Shown piece by piece: positions 1 to 9,202 of a DNA stretch of 64,000 bases (within the stretch, counting starts at the first letter, position 1; the number at the start of each line of letters is the position of its first letter). The stretch comes from a virus, in IMG/VR virus record IMGVR_UViG_3300045988_159027, one strand, 5' to 3'. The notes beneath the pieces were generated by a model. The model was given only the letters and a program-made list of their open reading frames with translations. It searched no databases and was not told where the DNA came from. A program made the position numbers and the translations under genes.

Positions 1-1134
1 CGTTCATCTTTAATCGTAAAAGAACTGATATATAACCGTTGGTTCGCGCAGGAAGGTAACGTTACTTATTCAGAAGCCGGCACGATCGAACGTATTGAAC
101 TTCTTGAAGACGGCACGTATGACCTGTATCTTCGTCGTCGCTGGGATAATGATATTACAGCGTTCAAGGAACAGGACGTTAGTTATGGCTCAGTGAATAA
201 TCTGAACTCTACAGGAGAGTATTATGACAGCTGGTTCCGCGTCCTTAGTGTGATGCAGGCAGAAAACAAACTGAATGTCGTGCTCTATCCAGATGAAGAG
301 GTGCCTGGGGGTAAGAACTATCCTCCAGCTGTAGGTATGGTGATTACACGTCGAGGAAATGCGGTAGATGAAGAACGGCAAGGATTCTGGTATATCTCAT
401 CGTATGAGGGCTGCATCTGTATGCTGGATGGCGTAACAAAGCCCGTGCTGGAAGAATCTAATTACAGCATCATTATCGGAAAACTAAAGCGATTGGAACT
501 GTTCGATAACCTCCCAATCAACTACCGACAGAGTTATGTGTATTGCCGTGGTATCGCTATCCAGGACTTGATGCGGATAGACTATCAGGGCGTGGTTGTT
601 GTACAGCTTAACGACCGTGGGTTCTGGTCGCTGGAGGTTGCTCAGAGCGAGAATCCTTATAAGGTTGGAAAAGATACGGTCGATACGGTATGGCATTACG
701 GATGCCGGTGGAAATGCCTTGTTACAGGAACGACGGATGAACCTCGCTATGCCAGCACAGGCTGGGCGATGATTGAAGGGAATCCGGCATTTACTATTGA
801 CATTGAAAGCGAAAACGGTTGGCAGTTTGATGGGAGTCAGCTTCAGGAAGGAGTAGTCTTTACTACCTTAACTGTAACTGGACAGCTCTACAACCGTGAC
901 GTGACAGAAAGCATACTTGATACGGACGTGTCCTGGACACGCGATACGGGCAATGTGTCTGAAGATAATGCCTGGGCTATCAAGAGAGCGGATGCTGGTA
1001 AGTCTCTTACGCTGACAGTAGACGATTTGGGGATTGAATTTGGCCGCACGAAGACTGTTTGCACGTTCAAGGCTCGCGCCTTATTACGTGACGGTCAGAC
1101 ATTCGAAGTTGCAGAGAATGAAATAACATTTTAA
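1..1134 (+). CDS. Tail/baseplate-associated virion protein, 5'-truncated by window edge
   Basis: Frame 1 is open from nt 1 to TAA 1132-1134. The ORF track starts at an internal GTG at 193. It heads a tightly packed co-directional block that ends in a fibre-like gene. Confidence 0.6.
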   Translation, partial: RSSLIVKELIYNRWFAQEGNVTYSEAGTIERIELLEDGTYDLYLRRRWDNDITAFKEQDVSYGSVNNLNSTGEYYDSWFRVLSVMQAENKLNVVLYPDEEVPGGKNYPPAVGMVITRRGNAVDEERQGFWYISSYEGCICMLDGVTKPVLEESNYSIIIGKLKRLELFDNLPINYRQSYVYCRGIAIQDLMRIDYQGVVVVQLNDRGFWSLEVAQSENPYKVGKDTVDTVWHYGCRWKCLVTGTTDEPRYASTGWAMIEGNPAFTIDIESENGWQFDGSQLQEGVVFTTLTVTGQLYNRDVTESILDTDVSWTRDTGNVSEDNAWAIKRADAGKSLTLTVDDLGIEFGRTKTVCTFKARALLRDGQTFEVAENEITF

Positions 1135-1138
1135 AGAT

Positions 1139-2299
1139 ATGATAACTACAAGAAAAAAAAGACTGGATGTGAATTATACCCCATTGCAATGCAGTGGGGA
1201 TATAGAAACCGTGGGAAGTGTACCTGACCGACAGATATACTCCGCCGACACCAAGGAATATACCCCTGACTACACGCTGACTCCACTTGTGCTGTTTCCA
1301 CGTTGCAATGCAACAGATCCGGACCAGTACACCAAGTCTGGAGTGGTAAACGCTTCTCTTACCAATATGAAGTGGTATGAGATACAGGGCACGAAGCGCA
1401 CGCTGATTGATTCAGGTAATGCGAATTACGAGATAACCAACGAGGGTGATACCAAGGGGCAGATAAAAATTAAACGTAACTCTAGCGTTACAACACCATT
1501 AGCCCTTGAGTTCTATGCTGAATACGTAGACACGCGGACAAATCAGGTATTTCCTTTCAGAATGAGTACGGTAATACCTGTATCAGATGCTACACTTCCA
1601 AGTCCAGTCATGAAACTGGACAGCCCTTCCAGCGTAATATGGAATCCGCTTCGAAATCCGTTGTCACGTACAATCAAGGCATCTGTCTTTGTAGGAGGAA
1701 GCGATATCGCATCGGATAAGCAGAAGTGCAAATTTTTCTGGTACCGAAAACTGGACACCGGATCATTGGAAGCCATTACAGATGGGAACGGAGATAATGA
1801 CTGGGAAGTAGATAGTATAGACCACAATACGCTGACCATTAATCAGGATTATATTGGAGAGGAGCAGACCTATGTCTGCAAGCTGGCCTATGCAGCAGAC
1901 GGTAATTTTCCTGGATTACCATCGGACAATGCACCTGTAGTCAGTACCACCATCCGACGACGTATTCCTGATGTGGAAGCAGACTGGAAAGGAGTTCCTT
2001 CGCAGTTTCCAGGAGGTACCACTAAGTTTACTCCGGAAGCGTTTGTGATGGACGGCATGGGCATTATCCCTAATGCGGATGAATGGCTCCGGTTTGTGTG
2101 GAACGTAAAATCTCCATATTCGCAGAGTTACAGCAGACAGGCTATCGGAGTAAAGCCGACAATCACATTTATCCCTGGAATGATGCTGGAACTGGAGGTA
2201 CAGGATAGAGGGCCACAGGCAATACTGATAGATGATACGGATGGCACCGTACTGCAGGATGCTGATGGTAATGTTTTATTTGACAGAATTAATAACTAA
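1139..2299 (+). CDS. Hypothetical tail-module protein
   Basis: 386-aa ORF starting 5 nt after the previous stop. Beta-rich, Ser/Thr/Asn-rich composition typical of tail accessory proteins. No specific motif recognised. Confidence 0.6.
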   Translation: MITTRKKRLDVNYTPLQCSGDIETVGSVPDRQIYSADTKEYTPDYTLTPLVLFPRCNATDPDQYTKSGVVNASLTNMKWYEIQGTKRTLIDSGNANYEITNEGDTKGQIKIKRNSSVTTPLALEFYAEYVDTRTNQVFPFRMSTVIPVSDATLPSPVMKLDSPSSVIWNPLRNPLSRTIKASVFVGGSDIASDKQKCKFFWYRKLDTGSLEAITDGNGDNDWEVDSIDHNTLTINQDYIGEEQTYVCKLAYAADGNFPGLPSDNAPVVSTTIRRRIPDVEADWKGVPSQFPGGTTKFTPEAFVMDGMGIIPNADEWLRFVWNVKSPYSQSYSRQAIGVKPTITFIPGMMLELEVQDRGPQAILIDDTDGTVLQDADGNVLFDRINN

Positions 2300-2310
2300 T
2301 ACATACGACT

Positions 2311-2631
2311 ATGGCATATTACGTAAAAGTGACAAAACAGGTGTCTGATAAGATGAATCTTACTGCAATACGCAATAAGACTGCGGATGGAAACGTGCTG
2401 CTGTGGCAGGCAGATTTAAATAGAATTGAAGGTGATACCATATTTGAACGCGCAGAGCGGATAGGCGGAAAGGCTATTACAGCTCAGGAAGCCAAGGCTG
2501 AAACAGACGGTACAGAAAATCCTTCCGAAGTATATACACCTGACGAATATAAGGAAGATACGCCTAGCGTCTTGCCGGAGATATCAAATGACACCGTATC
2601 TACTGAAGCAGAGGAAGGAGGTACATTATGA
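2311..2631 (+). CDS. Hypothetical protein (acidic C-terminus)
   Basis: 106-aa ORF. Its stop overlaps the next start (ATGA at 2628-2631), which suggests translational coupling. Confidence 0.55.
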   Translation: MAYYVKVTKQVSDKMNLTAIRNKTADGNVLLWQADLNRIEGDTIFERAERIGGKAITAQEAKAETDGTENPSEVYTPDEYKEDTPSVLPEISNDTVSTEAEEGGTL

Positions 2632-3683
2632 GTGAAGCAAGTGTATCACGGCAAGTAGTGTATGTGCGGAAAGGCAGCGTATATATGCCTTTCCTTCAGT
2701 CGAACATGGGAGACTTATATCAGGAGTACCAGGGTACAGCAGATAATCCGACAAATATCACGCCGGATTTCACTACGTTGACTCCGATGTTGAGTTACAT
2801 CATCACCTCTTCTTTGGCCGCTGCCGGGATTGTGGTTCCTTCGTCAGTTAAATGGTTTTTCAATGATACGGAACTTACGTTTGGAAGCAACAAACTTTCT
2901 ACGAATACTTTTGGTGGCGAAACTGGCCATTTTGAGAACGTACCGTATTCTTCCGGAACACAAAATTATTTTGCACTGAAGATAAAGAAGAACCTGGTGA
3001 AGGCATCTGCAGGTGCTGCATGTAACATTAAAGCAGAAGCGACTATTGCAGTCGGTAATACCAGCGACAAGATACAGTGCGTGTACAGTATACCTGTTAC
3101 TGTAGGTGTGGGCAACAGTAAGCGCGTTACCATCATGGCCGGTGACAACAAGTTCTTTACACTGACTGATAAGGGAGACTCCTGTATCCTCAAGGCTGTA
3201 GCGTGGATAGGTAGCGATGAACTCAATGCTGGTCAGGCATACAAGTGGTACACGCTAAAGTCAGGTTCCTGGTCTGTGTTGGACGGGCAGACAAAACAAA
3301 GTTTGACCGTTACCAATGATATGGTAGATACCACCGGACAATTCAAGGTCGAAGTGTACCAGAACGGAAACCTTATCGGGATGGATGTCCAGACGGTAGT
3401 AGATGCTTCTGACCCGTTCGACATTATTACCAACCCCAATCCAGAAAGCGAAACGATTGAGCAGGGAAGCGGTGGTACGGTAGTCTATACGCCAATACTC
3501 GTCAAACGTGGAAGTACAACCAAGTACAAGGAAATGAAGTTCTACTTTGTATTCACGGACAGTGCAGGTAATATTCTTAATCCAAGTACAGCTACTACGC
3601 CATCTGCAACAGGGACCGTAACTGAAGCTATGTGTGAACAGGCATCTGGTAATGTGGCTGTATCAATAACTACGGAGGAGTAG
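2628..3683 (+). CDS. Hypothetical tail-module protein
   Basis: 351-aa ORF coupled to both neighbours. Beta-rich composition. Confidence 0.6.
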   Translation: MSEASVSRQVVYVRKGSVYMPFLQSNMGDLYQEYQGTADNPTNITPDFTTLTPMLSYIITSSLAAAGIVVPSSVKWFFNDTELTFGSNKLSTNTFGGETGHFENVPYSSGTQNYFALKIKKNLVKASAGAACNIKAEATIAVGNTSDKIQCVYSIPVTVGVGNSKRVTIMAGDNKFFTLTDKGDSCILKAVAWIGSDELNAGQAYKWYTLKSGSWSVLDGQTKQSLTVTNDMVDTTGQFKVEVYQNGNLIGMDVQTVVDASDPFDIITNPNPESETIEQGSGGTVVYTPILVKRGSTTKYKEMKFYFVFTDSAGNILNPSTATTPSATGTVTEAMCEQASGNVAVSITTEE

Positions 3684-3685
3684 GT

Positions 3686-4687
3686 ATGACATTAGCAAGC
3701 AAAACAACTGAGGTAAAATTTCTTCAAAAAGGCCCTCAAGGGAATAAAGGGGCTAAACTTCGTATGAGAGACTGGAAGGAAGGAGAGGAGTTCCTTGCTG
3801 GTGCAGAAGGAGAAGCATATTACGATGTTGTTAATTATTTTGACAAACTTTATTTGACTATTGTGTCTCATACTGCAAAATCAGGTGTTAATGACCCTAT
3901 TACTTCAGTGTCACAGCAAAAAGGTTTTTGGGAATTAGCACAGGACTGGACATTTATTGCGACTAAACTTTTGCTTGCAGAGAAAATATCGGCCGAAGAA
4001 ATTGATGCAGACGGACTTGTTGCGAAGAATGTGAATATAACTGGTAAGATATATGCAGAAGAAGGTGAACTTGGGAAAATGACAATAAAGGCTGATTCAG
4101 CAGATGATGGTTTGTTTTTAAAGGATGATACTTATGGTTCTGAAATGTCTCTAAAATCTAGGATGTTTATGAGCATCCCATATAATGTGTTTGCTGTTAA
4201 TCCTGGAAGAGACCAGTCAAATGTATTGCTTTACGTAAAAAAACGTAGAGGTAATTCTTTAGACAGGGCTTTGTATGTAGATGGCGTTGCTGAAGTTTAT
4301 GGCAGATTGGGCGTTGGTAGAGGTAAGGATACAGGATTTAATCAGTTCTATCCGGCGCTTGTCGCTGAGGGTATTAGCTGTTATGGTCAATTTTGCCTTC
4401 CGATTAAAACAGTGACTTCAACTTCTTCTTTAGACTCGACTTCCAGTTATGTGGTTTTGAATTTTTCTTCTTCCGGTGGATATATACGTCTACCTTCCAC
4501 CAACCTGACAGATGGACAGACTATTATTATAAGGAATATAGGTTCTAATAATGTCACGGTGTATGGTAATATGAAAAATGAAAGCAATAGTAGTATTACA
4601 CAATATACATTCAGAACTGGAGGACGATTACACGTTCATACTTATTATCAGAATGGTAATTACTGGCTTGTAAACAATCTTAATTAA
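3686..4687 (+). CDS. Tail fibre-like protein
   Basis: N-terminal GPQGNKG collagen-like triplets and a fibre-style segment (LLAEKISAEEIDADGLVAKNVNITG). Starts 2 nt after the previous stop. Visibly more AT-rich than the upstream genes. Confidence 0.55.
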   Translation: MTLASKTTEVKFLQKGPQGNKGAKLRMRDWKEGEEFLAGAEGEAYYDVVNYFDKLYLTIVSHTAKSGVNDPITSVSQQKGFWELAQDWTFIATKLLLAEKISAEEIDADGLVAKNVNITGKIYAEEGELGKMTIKADSADDGLFLKDDTYGSEMSLKSRMFMSIPYNVFAVNPGRDQSNVLLYVKKRRGNSLDRALYVDGVAEVYGRLGVGRGKDTGFNQFYPALVAEGISCYGQFCLPIKTVTSTSSLDSTSSYVVLNFSSSGGYIRLPSTNLTDGQTIIIRNIGSNNVTVYGNMKNESNSSITQYTFRTGGRLHVHTYYQNGNYWLVNNLN

Positions 4688-4697
4688 AACGATAATC

Positions 4698-4964
4698 ATG
4701 AAACAAGTAGATTTTGGTAAAGTAAAAGTTCAGCTGACTTTTGAAGGTAATCCGGTTGAATTTAACATGCGTAAAGTAATAGGTAATATGATTCGTCAGA
4801 ACACTAATGATATAGGGTTAGATGAGTTTGCCAGAAAGGTATATTTTTCAGATGGCCCGGTTGAAATTCCGGATGAATATATAAAGCCTATTTTGGGCAT
4901 AGTAAAATTGAGTATGACAGTTCCAGCTCAACAAGCATTAAATGAATTATTAACAAATGAATAA
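4698..4964 (+). CDS. Hypothetical small protein (fibre module)
   Basis: 88-aa ORF lying between the fibre-like gene and the switchable gene. Confidence 0.5.
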   Translation: MKQVDFGKVKVQLTFEGNPVEFNMRKVIGNMIRQNTNDIGLDEFARKVYFSDGPVEIPDEYIKPILGIVKLSMTVPAQQALNELLTNE

Positions 4965-4975
4965 AATTTAAAATT

Positions 4976-5467
4976 ATGATACAGAAAAAATCTTTAAAAG
5001 AAGCTATACAAAATCCGGAGATAATATCAGTTGTGGGAGGACTACTGCCAACCGCGACTCAAAGTTCTTCAGGAATTATGTCTGCAGCTATGGCTAAAAG
5101 AATTTTCCAAGTGTATTATCAGCAAAGCAATTCATCTACCAAAATTTACAAACTGACTCCCAGTACCGGATTTGACGTATCTAAATTATATATCTTTACA
5201 GATGTAGGTTCTTTGTCTGAGTATGTAATTCATAAGAACTTTGTTCATGAAATCATTTCTCCTATATCTGAGGTGTATTTTGTCATTGATTTTTATCAAA
5301 ATTCAGATGGAGATATATTTGTAAGAGTTCAATCAAAATCATTCGGAATAACAGTTTCATTCCACGTCGTTATTCCGGGATTCAATGGAATCTCAACATC
5401 ATTTTCTTTCACTGAAGTAAGTATTGATATTTCAGGATTAAACAGAATAGAACCTAAAAAAGTTTGA
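4976..5467 (+). CDS. Switchable protein, currently expressed variant (constant 23-aa N-terminus plus C-terminal domain A)
   Basis: ATG start. Codons 18-23 (SVVGGL) are encoded by the left 17-bp inverted repeat. See the invertible segment feature. Confidence 0.65.
   Translation: MIQKKSLKEAIQNPEIISVVGGLLPTATQSSSGIMSAAMAKRIFQVYYQQSNSSTKIYKLTPSTGFDVSKLYIFTDVGSLSEYVIHKNFVHEIISPISEVYFVIDFYQNSDGDIFVRVQSKSFGITVSFHVVIPGFNGISTSFSFTEVSIDISGLNRIEPKKV
5027..5043. repeat. Left inverted repeat TCAGTTGTGGGAGGACT
   Basis: Exact reverse complement is present at 5957-5973. Confidence 0.9.
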
Positions 5468-5547
5468 CATGTTTCTATCCCATTGACAGGCCCGCGGGAG
5501 GAGTAAGTTTACTTACCGCTTGATGGAATGATACTATATTTTTATAC

Positions 5548-5967
5548 TTAAAAGCTCAATGGTACTGCATCATCTGGAACAGTATCAACATCTTCAATTT
5601 CAGAAGGAACCCCTTTTATTAGGGGGCTAATGTCAATTCTTAGATAAGCATTAGTGGTAACATAGACACTGATATTACTATTGGATTCTATTTTATACAA
5701 TAAGGATACAGCACCAGGCTTTTCACCACATAATTGTGACGCGTATACTCTTGTTATGTTCCATTTTACCGCAAGTAGATTAACTGTGGACATTTTCCCA
5801 TCAACCCCTATAAAATGTAATATACAAGAAAAAACGTGGTTTACATCTGTAGTTTTTATCGTAATTTTTGCCTTTCCATTGTCCTTTTTATTGTATGTGT
5901 AATCAGATCTTTGCCTGTGCATTAGACCTTCCTTTTCAGGATTTGCTATCCCAATCAGTCCTCCCAC
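5548..5967 (-). CDS. Silent alternative C-terminal cassette (domain B) of the switchable protein
   Basis: Convergent with 4976..5467. It has no ATG; the only possible start is a GTG inside the right repeat. The frame through the repeat again reads SVVGGL, and a stop lies 12 codons upstream. Confidence 0.55.
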   Translation of the reverse strand: MGGLIGIANPEKEGLMHRQRSDYTYNKKDNGKAKITIKTTDVNHVFSCILHFIGVDGKMSTVNLLAVKWNITRVYASQLCGEKPGAVSLLYKIESNSNISVYVTTNAYLRIDISPLIKGVPSEIEDVDTVPDDAVPLSF

Positions 5968-5973
5968 AACTGA
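5957..5973. repeat. Right inverted repeat AGTCCTCCCACAACTGA
   Basis: Exact reverse complement of 5027-5043. Lies 50 nt from the 3' end of the recombinase gene. Confidence 0.9.
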
Positions 5974-6023
5974 ACAAAAGGAAAGTGAAGATAAAAATAA
6001 TCTTCACTTTTCTTATTTTCTAA

Positions 6024-7163
6024 TTAAATAGACAGTTGTCGTATCAGAGTGCTTTCACTTGTCTGTGCATATACCATTGTCATTTTTAAGCTTCTATGAC
6101 CTATTACCTTTTGTATTGTAGTAACAGGAACATCTTTGTTTACAAGTCTTGACGCACAAGTATGTCGAGCCACATGAGCTGAAACATTCTTATCTATACC
6201 TGCATGTTTTATAGCAGTTTTTAATCTGGCATTGAACAATTCCTTTTTTATACCGAAAAAATCATCAAGCCTGTAAAGATATTTATTTATTATCTGCTCT
6301 GCTCTTCCGTCGAATATAGAAGAAATAGGTATCCTAACGCCTGTATTTGTCTTTATGGAAGTATAGGTAAGCCACATTTTCCCATTTTCTATGGTGAAAT
6401 TTTTCGGGGAGAATGAAGCAAAGTCTGATATTCTTGCTCCGGTGTAAGCCATAAAAAGGAATCTGTCAAGTGTAACAATGAATCGTGATGGAGTGTCGGT
6501 ACGTGCTATGTAATTTTCAATTTTACGAATATCATCGTCAGTTAGCGACTTCATTTTATATTTCAGACGGTCTGAAAGTTTTTCATGATAAAAGTCGAAA
6601 CTACCGGAAGGGACCTTGTTGCCAAACAATTTCCTGGCAATATTATAATAACACCTAAGCACATGTATCTGCATACCTATTGTAGTTTGATTCAGACCGG
6701 CTTCACGCATATAGCGTATAAATCCCTTTGCATAATCTTCCGTAATATCGGAAACTGAACATTCTTTACAGAATTTCCTGAGATGCTTTAGCACACGTCG
6801 GTGTATTCCTTTTGTTCCTTCGCGAATATCGCGGTGTTCTATCTGATATTCCATCATCGAATAGAAGTCATTAGATGACTCACGCCCATCCCATATTTCC
6901 TTCAGCTTTGAAAGTGTAAACTCTCCGTCGTAATCAAGCTCATACTCTTCAAGCTGATAAAGCGTTTTACGGATAAACAGATTAAGTTTCCTTGCATGTG
7001 GGTTACGGATAATAAGCCCGTTTTCACCATCCCATTCATCGTGAAACACATGTACGTTTGTATCAATTAAGATACTTTTACCGAACTGTTCGCAGCGCAC
7101 ATATACGCTGAACATACCTGAATCAAATTCTTTGACGCAGATAGAATACTTGATTTTGTTCAT
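6024..7163 (-). CDS. Tyrosine site-specific recombinase (integrase and/or invertase)
   Basis: Catalytic signature seen: ARISD (Arg), HVARHTCASRL (H-x-x-R-H), IGHRSLKMTMVYA (His...Tyr). The N-terminal arm-type and SAM-like domain layout is typical of Bacteroidetes integrases. Confidence 0.9.
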   Translation of the reverse strand: MNKIKYSICVKEFDSGMFSVYVRCEQFGKSILIDTNVHVFHDEWDGENGLIIRNPHARKLNLFIRKTLYQLEEYELDYDGEFTLSKLKEIWDGRESSNDFYSMMEYQIEHRDIREGTKGIHRRVLKHLRKFCKECSVSDITEDYAKGFIRYMREAGLNQTTIGMQIHVLRCYYNIARKLFGNKVPSGSFDFYHEKLSDRLKYKMKSLTDDDIRKIENYIARTDTPSRFIVTLDRFLFMAYTGARISDFASFSPKNFTIENGKMWLTYTSIKTNTGVRIPISSIFDGRAEQIINKYLYRLDDFFGIKKELFNARLKTAIKHAGIDKNVSAHVARHTCASRLVNKDVPVTTIQKVIGHRSLKMTMVYAQTSESTLIRQLSI

Positions 7164-7423
7164 AGAAGGTTTGTTTTATTTGGCTTGAAGGGCGGAGCAA
7201 AGTGTTGCACATCCGTCCTTCTTTTTATTGTTTTAAAGTGTAAATAAGCATTCAATTGTCAAAAAAACATACCCGTTTTATTCGGATATAAATATTTTTT
7301 GTAATTTAGCAGCGTGATAGGGAAAACAGGGATTCCCTTCTTCGATGAGAGTTTTATCAACACAGAAAGGAGACAAGCGATTGCCTCCTTTTTTGTTTTT
7401 GTCTGCCGAGAAACCGTCGTTTT

Positions 7424-7462
7424 TTTTGTCCTTCATTCTCCAATGTGCTCTTCGTAACTTTG
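7424..7462 (+). promoter_or_regulatory. Class-II promoter-like element TTTTGTCCTTCA-N19-TAACTTTG
   Basis: GTCCTTCA at 7428-7435, TAnnTTTG at 7455-7462, 44 nt upstream of the lysis operon. One of six copies. Confidence 0.5.
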
Positions 7463-7505
7463 TATTGCAACTAAAACCAAATGTTTAACTAAAAACGACG
7501 ACAAA

Positions 7506-7904
7506 ATGAAAAAGATGATTTTAATGTTTGCAATGCTGATCTCTGCAGTGACCGTTTTCGCACAGGGAGCTGTAACCTCTGAACCTTCTACTGCCGGATT
7601 TGTAATCGACCTGGGCACGTTTACCGGAATCGTAGCACTTATTTCGGCCATCGTGACACAGATCCTAAAAGTCATTCCTGCCATTTCAGAAAGCAAGTTC
7701 GCAAAAATCGGTGTGAGCGTGGCGGTAGGTATGGTGGTGTGCGTGCTGGCATGGGCGCTTCAGCTTACTCCTCTGCTCGAAGGATACCAATGGTGGGGAA
7801 CGCTTATTTACGGACTGGCTGCCGGCCTTAGCGGATGCGGTTTCTACGATGTGGTAAAAGCTATTGCCGCTCTTTTTAAGGATAATACGGAAGAGATGGA
7901 ATAA
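7506..7904 (+). CDS. Holin-like membrane protein
   Basis: 132 aa. N-terminal signal-like segment plus about three hydrophobic helices and a charged C-terminal tail. First gene of the operon that contains the amidase. Confidence 0.5.
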   Translation: MKKMILMFAMLISAVTVFAQGAVTSEPSTAGFVIDLGTFTGIVALISAIVTQILKVIPAISESKFAKIGVSVAVGMVVCVLAWALQLTPLLEGYQWWGTLIYGLAAGLSGCGFYDVVKAIAALFKDNTEEME

Positions 7905-7928
7905 CGGGAAATCGGAAGGAGGCACGGA

Positions 7929-8561
7929 ATGGACGCAGAAATGGTGACGGCCATAAGCGCAGCTGTAGTTTCCGTGGGTACCTTTATTCTTACTCAGTAC
8001 AATAAAATGACGCAGAAGTATCGTGACAAGATGAACGATATGAAGTTGGAACGGTACAAGCAGGAAACCGAACGTCTTAGCTTCAAGCGAAGCGAGAATA
8101 CGGCAAAGGTATTCGGCGAACTGTGGAAGGTGCTCTACGAGACAAAGGCCGACAGGGTGTACATCGTACAGCCGCACCCGCTGGGTAACGCAGCCTTCCT
8201 TTCCATCTATTTCGAAGTGAAACGCAAGGGGGTGTCGGGCATGAAGGACAATGTGCAGCGGCTCCCCATGAGCGAAATGGCAGTATTCAGCAGAGGACTG
8301 GCCGAAAACCTTTTTCTCTGCTATACGGATATAGACTCTCAAGTGAAGGACAAGATGGCCAAATCCCTGTTTATAACCAATGGCTGTCGCGCCGTAGCCA
8401 TAAAGAGGCTGAACAGCGCTTCCGACTGGGTAGGAAACATCTTCTGCGAGTTTACCGACGAAATGGAGGTAAGTGAGGAACAAACCCACAAGGTGCTGCA
8501 CGATGCAGCGGTGAACATACAGTTCATTCTTCCGGAATACCGGGAGAATCCCTATAAATAG
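7929..8561 (+). CDS. Hypothetical protein with a single N-terminal TM helix
   Basis: 210 aa. Hydrophobic N-terminus (VTAISAAVVSVGTFIL) followed by a soluble domain. Sits inside the lysis operon. Confidence 0.55.
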   Translation: MDAEMVTAISAAVVSVGTFILTQYNKMTQKYRDKMNDMKLERYKQETERLSFKRSENTAKVFGELWKVLYETKADRVYIVQPHPLGNAAFLSIYFEVKRKGVSGMKDNVQRLPMSEMAVFSRGLAENLFLCYTDIDSQVKDKMAKSLFITNGCRAVAIKRLNSASDWVGNIFCEFTDEMEVSEEQTHKVLHDAAVNIQFILPEYRENPYK

Positions 8562-8590
8562 AGTTACAAACCAAAAACACAACACAAACA

Positions 8591-9166
8591 ATGGACGAAA
8601 TCAGTTTTAAGAAGGGAGCTGAAGGCTATGTGGCCGAATATACTTCCGAAGGACGTACAATGGTGCAGATTCAGGGTGTGAAAATCGGAAGGCTTTCAAT
8701 CTCCCAGTTTATTGACTCCATGGAACCCGTCGCAATGGATACGGTGAATTTCACAAATTCAGTAATTGAAATCAATGTACCTGCCGGCATGAAGGTACGG
8801 CTTCTGAGCGATGTGGAGGTGAAAAAAGTCAAGGCATTGGTCATCAAGGATACCGCAGCAGCCGGCGGTGGCGGAGGAGGTGAAAGCTATGTGCTCCCGA
8901 AAGCCAGCGACTCTGCTTTGGGAGGAATCCAGACCGGATTTTCAGAAAGCGGAAAGAACTATGCTGTAAGAGTAGACGGAGCAGGTAAAGCGTATGTCAC
9001 GGTAAACTGGACAGACACCACATATACCAATGCTACAACAGGAAAGCCCGGGATTGTAAAACAGGGTGCCCATGTAACAGATGCTACAGGTTCGGAAGAT
9101 GCACATACCGTACTGAACAAGCTGATTGACGAGCTTGAAAAGGCCGGGGTTCTGGCTTCTGCATAA
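8591..9166 (+). CDS. Hypothetical protein with poly-Gly linker and fibre-type repeats
   Basis: AAAGGGGGGE linker. Two motifs resemble phage tail-fibre repeats (ASDSALGGIQTG, TTGKPGIVKQG). CA-rich leader upstream. Confidence 0.55.
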   Translation: MDEISFKKGAEGYVAEYTSEGRTMVQIQGVKIGRLSISQFIDSMEPVAMDTVNFTNSVIEINVPAGMKVRLLSDVEVKKVKALVIKDTAAAGGGGGGESYVLPKASDSALGGIQTGFSESGKNYAVRVDGAGKAYVTVNWTDTTYTNATTGKPGIVKQGAHVTDATGSEDAHTVLNKLIDELEKAGVLASA

Positions 9167-9202
9167 CCACAGTCACAACACACAAACTAAACTAGACACG
9201 AC

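Larger units (their letters stand above)
5027..5973. mobile_element. Putative invertible DNA segment (coding switch)
   Basis: Perfect 17-bp inverted repeats are in the same reading frame in two convergent ORFs. A tyrosine recombinase gene is adjacent. Confidence 0.6.

Noticed and set aside
7164-7423. attP or a prophage boundary immediately upstream of the recombinase gene.
   Set aside because: I found no repeat partner in the window. The same promoter and leader motifs continue on both sides of the recombinase block, so I cannot place a boundary here.
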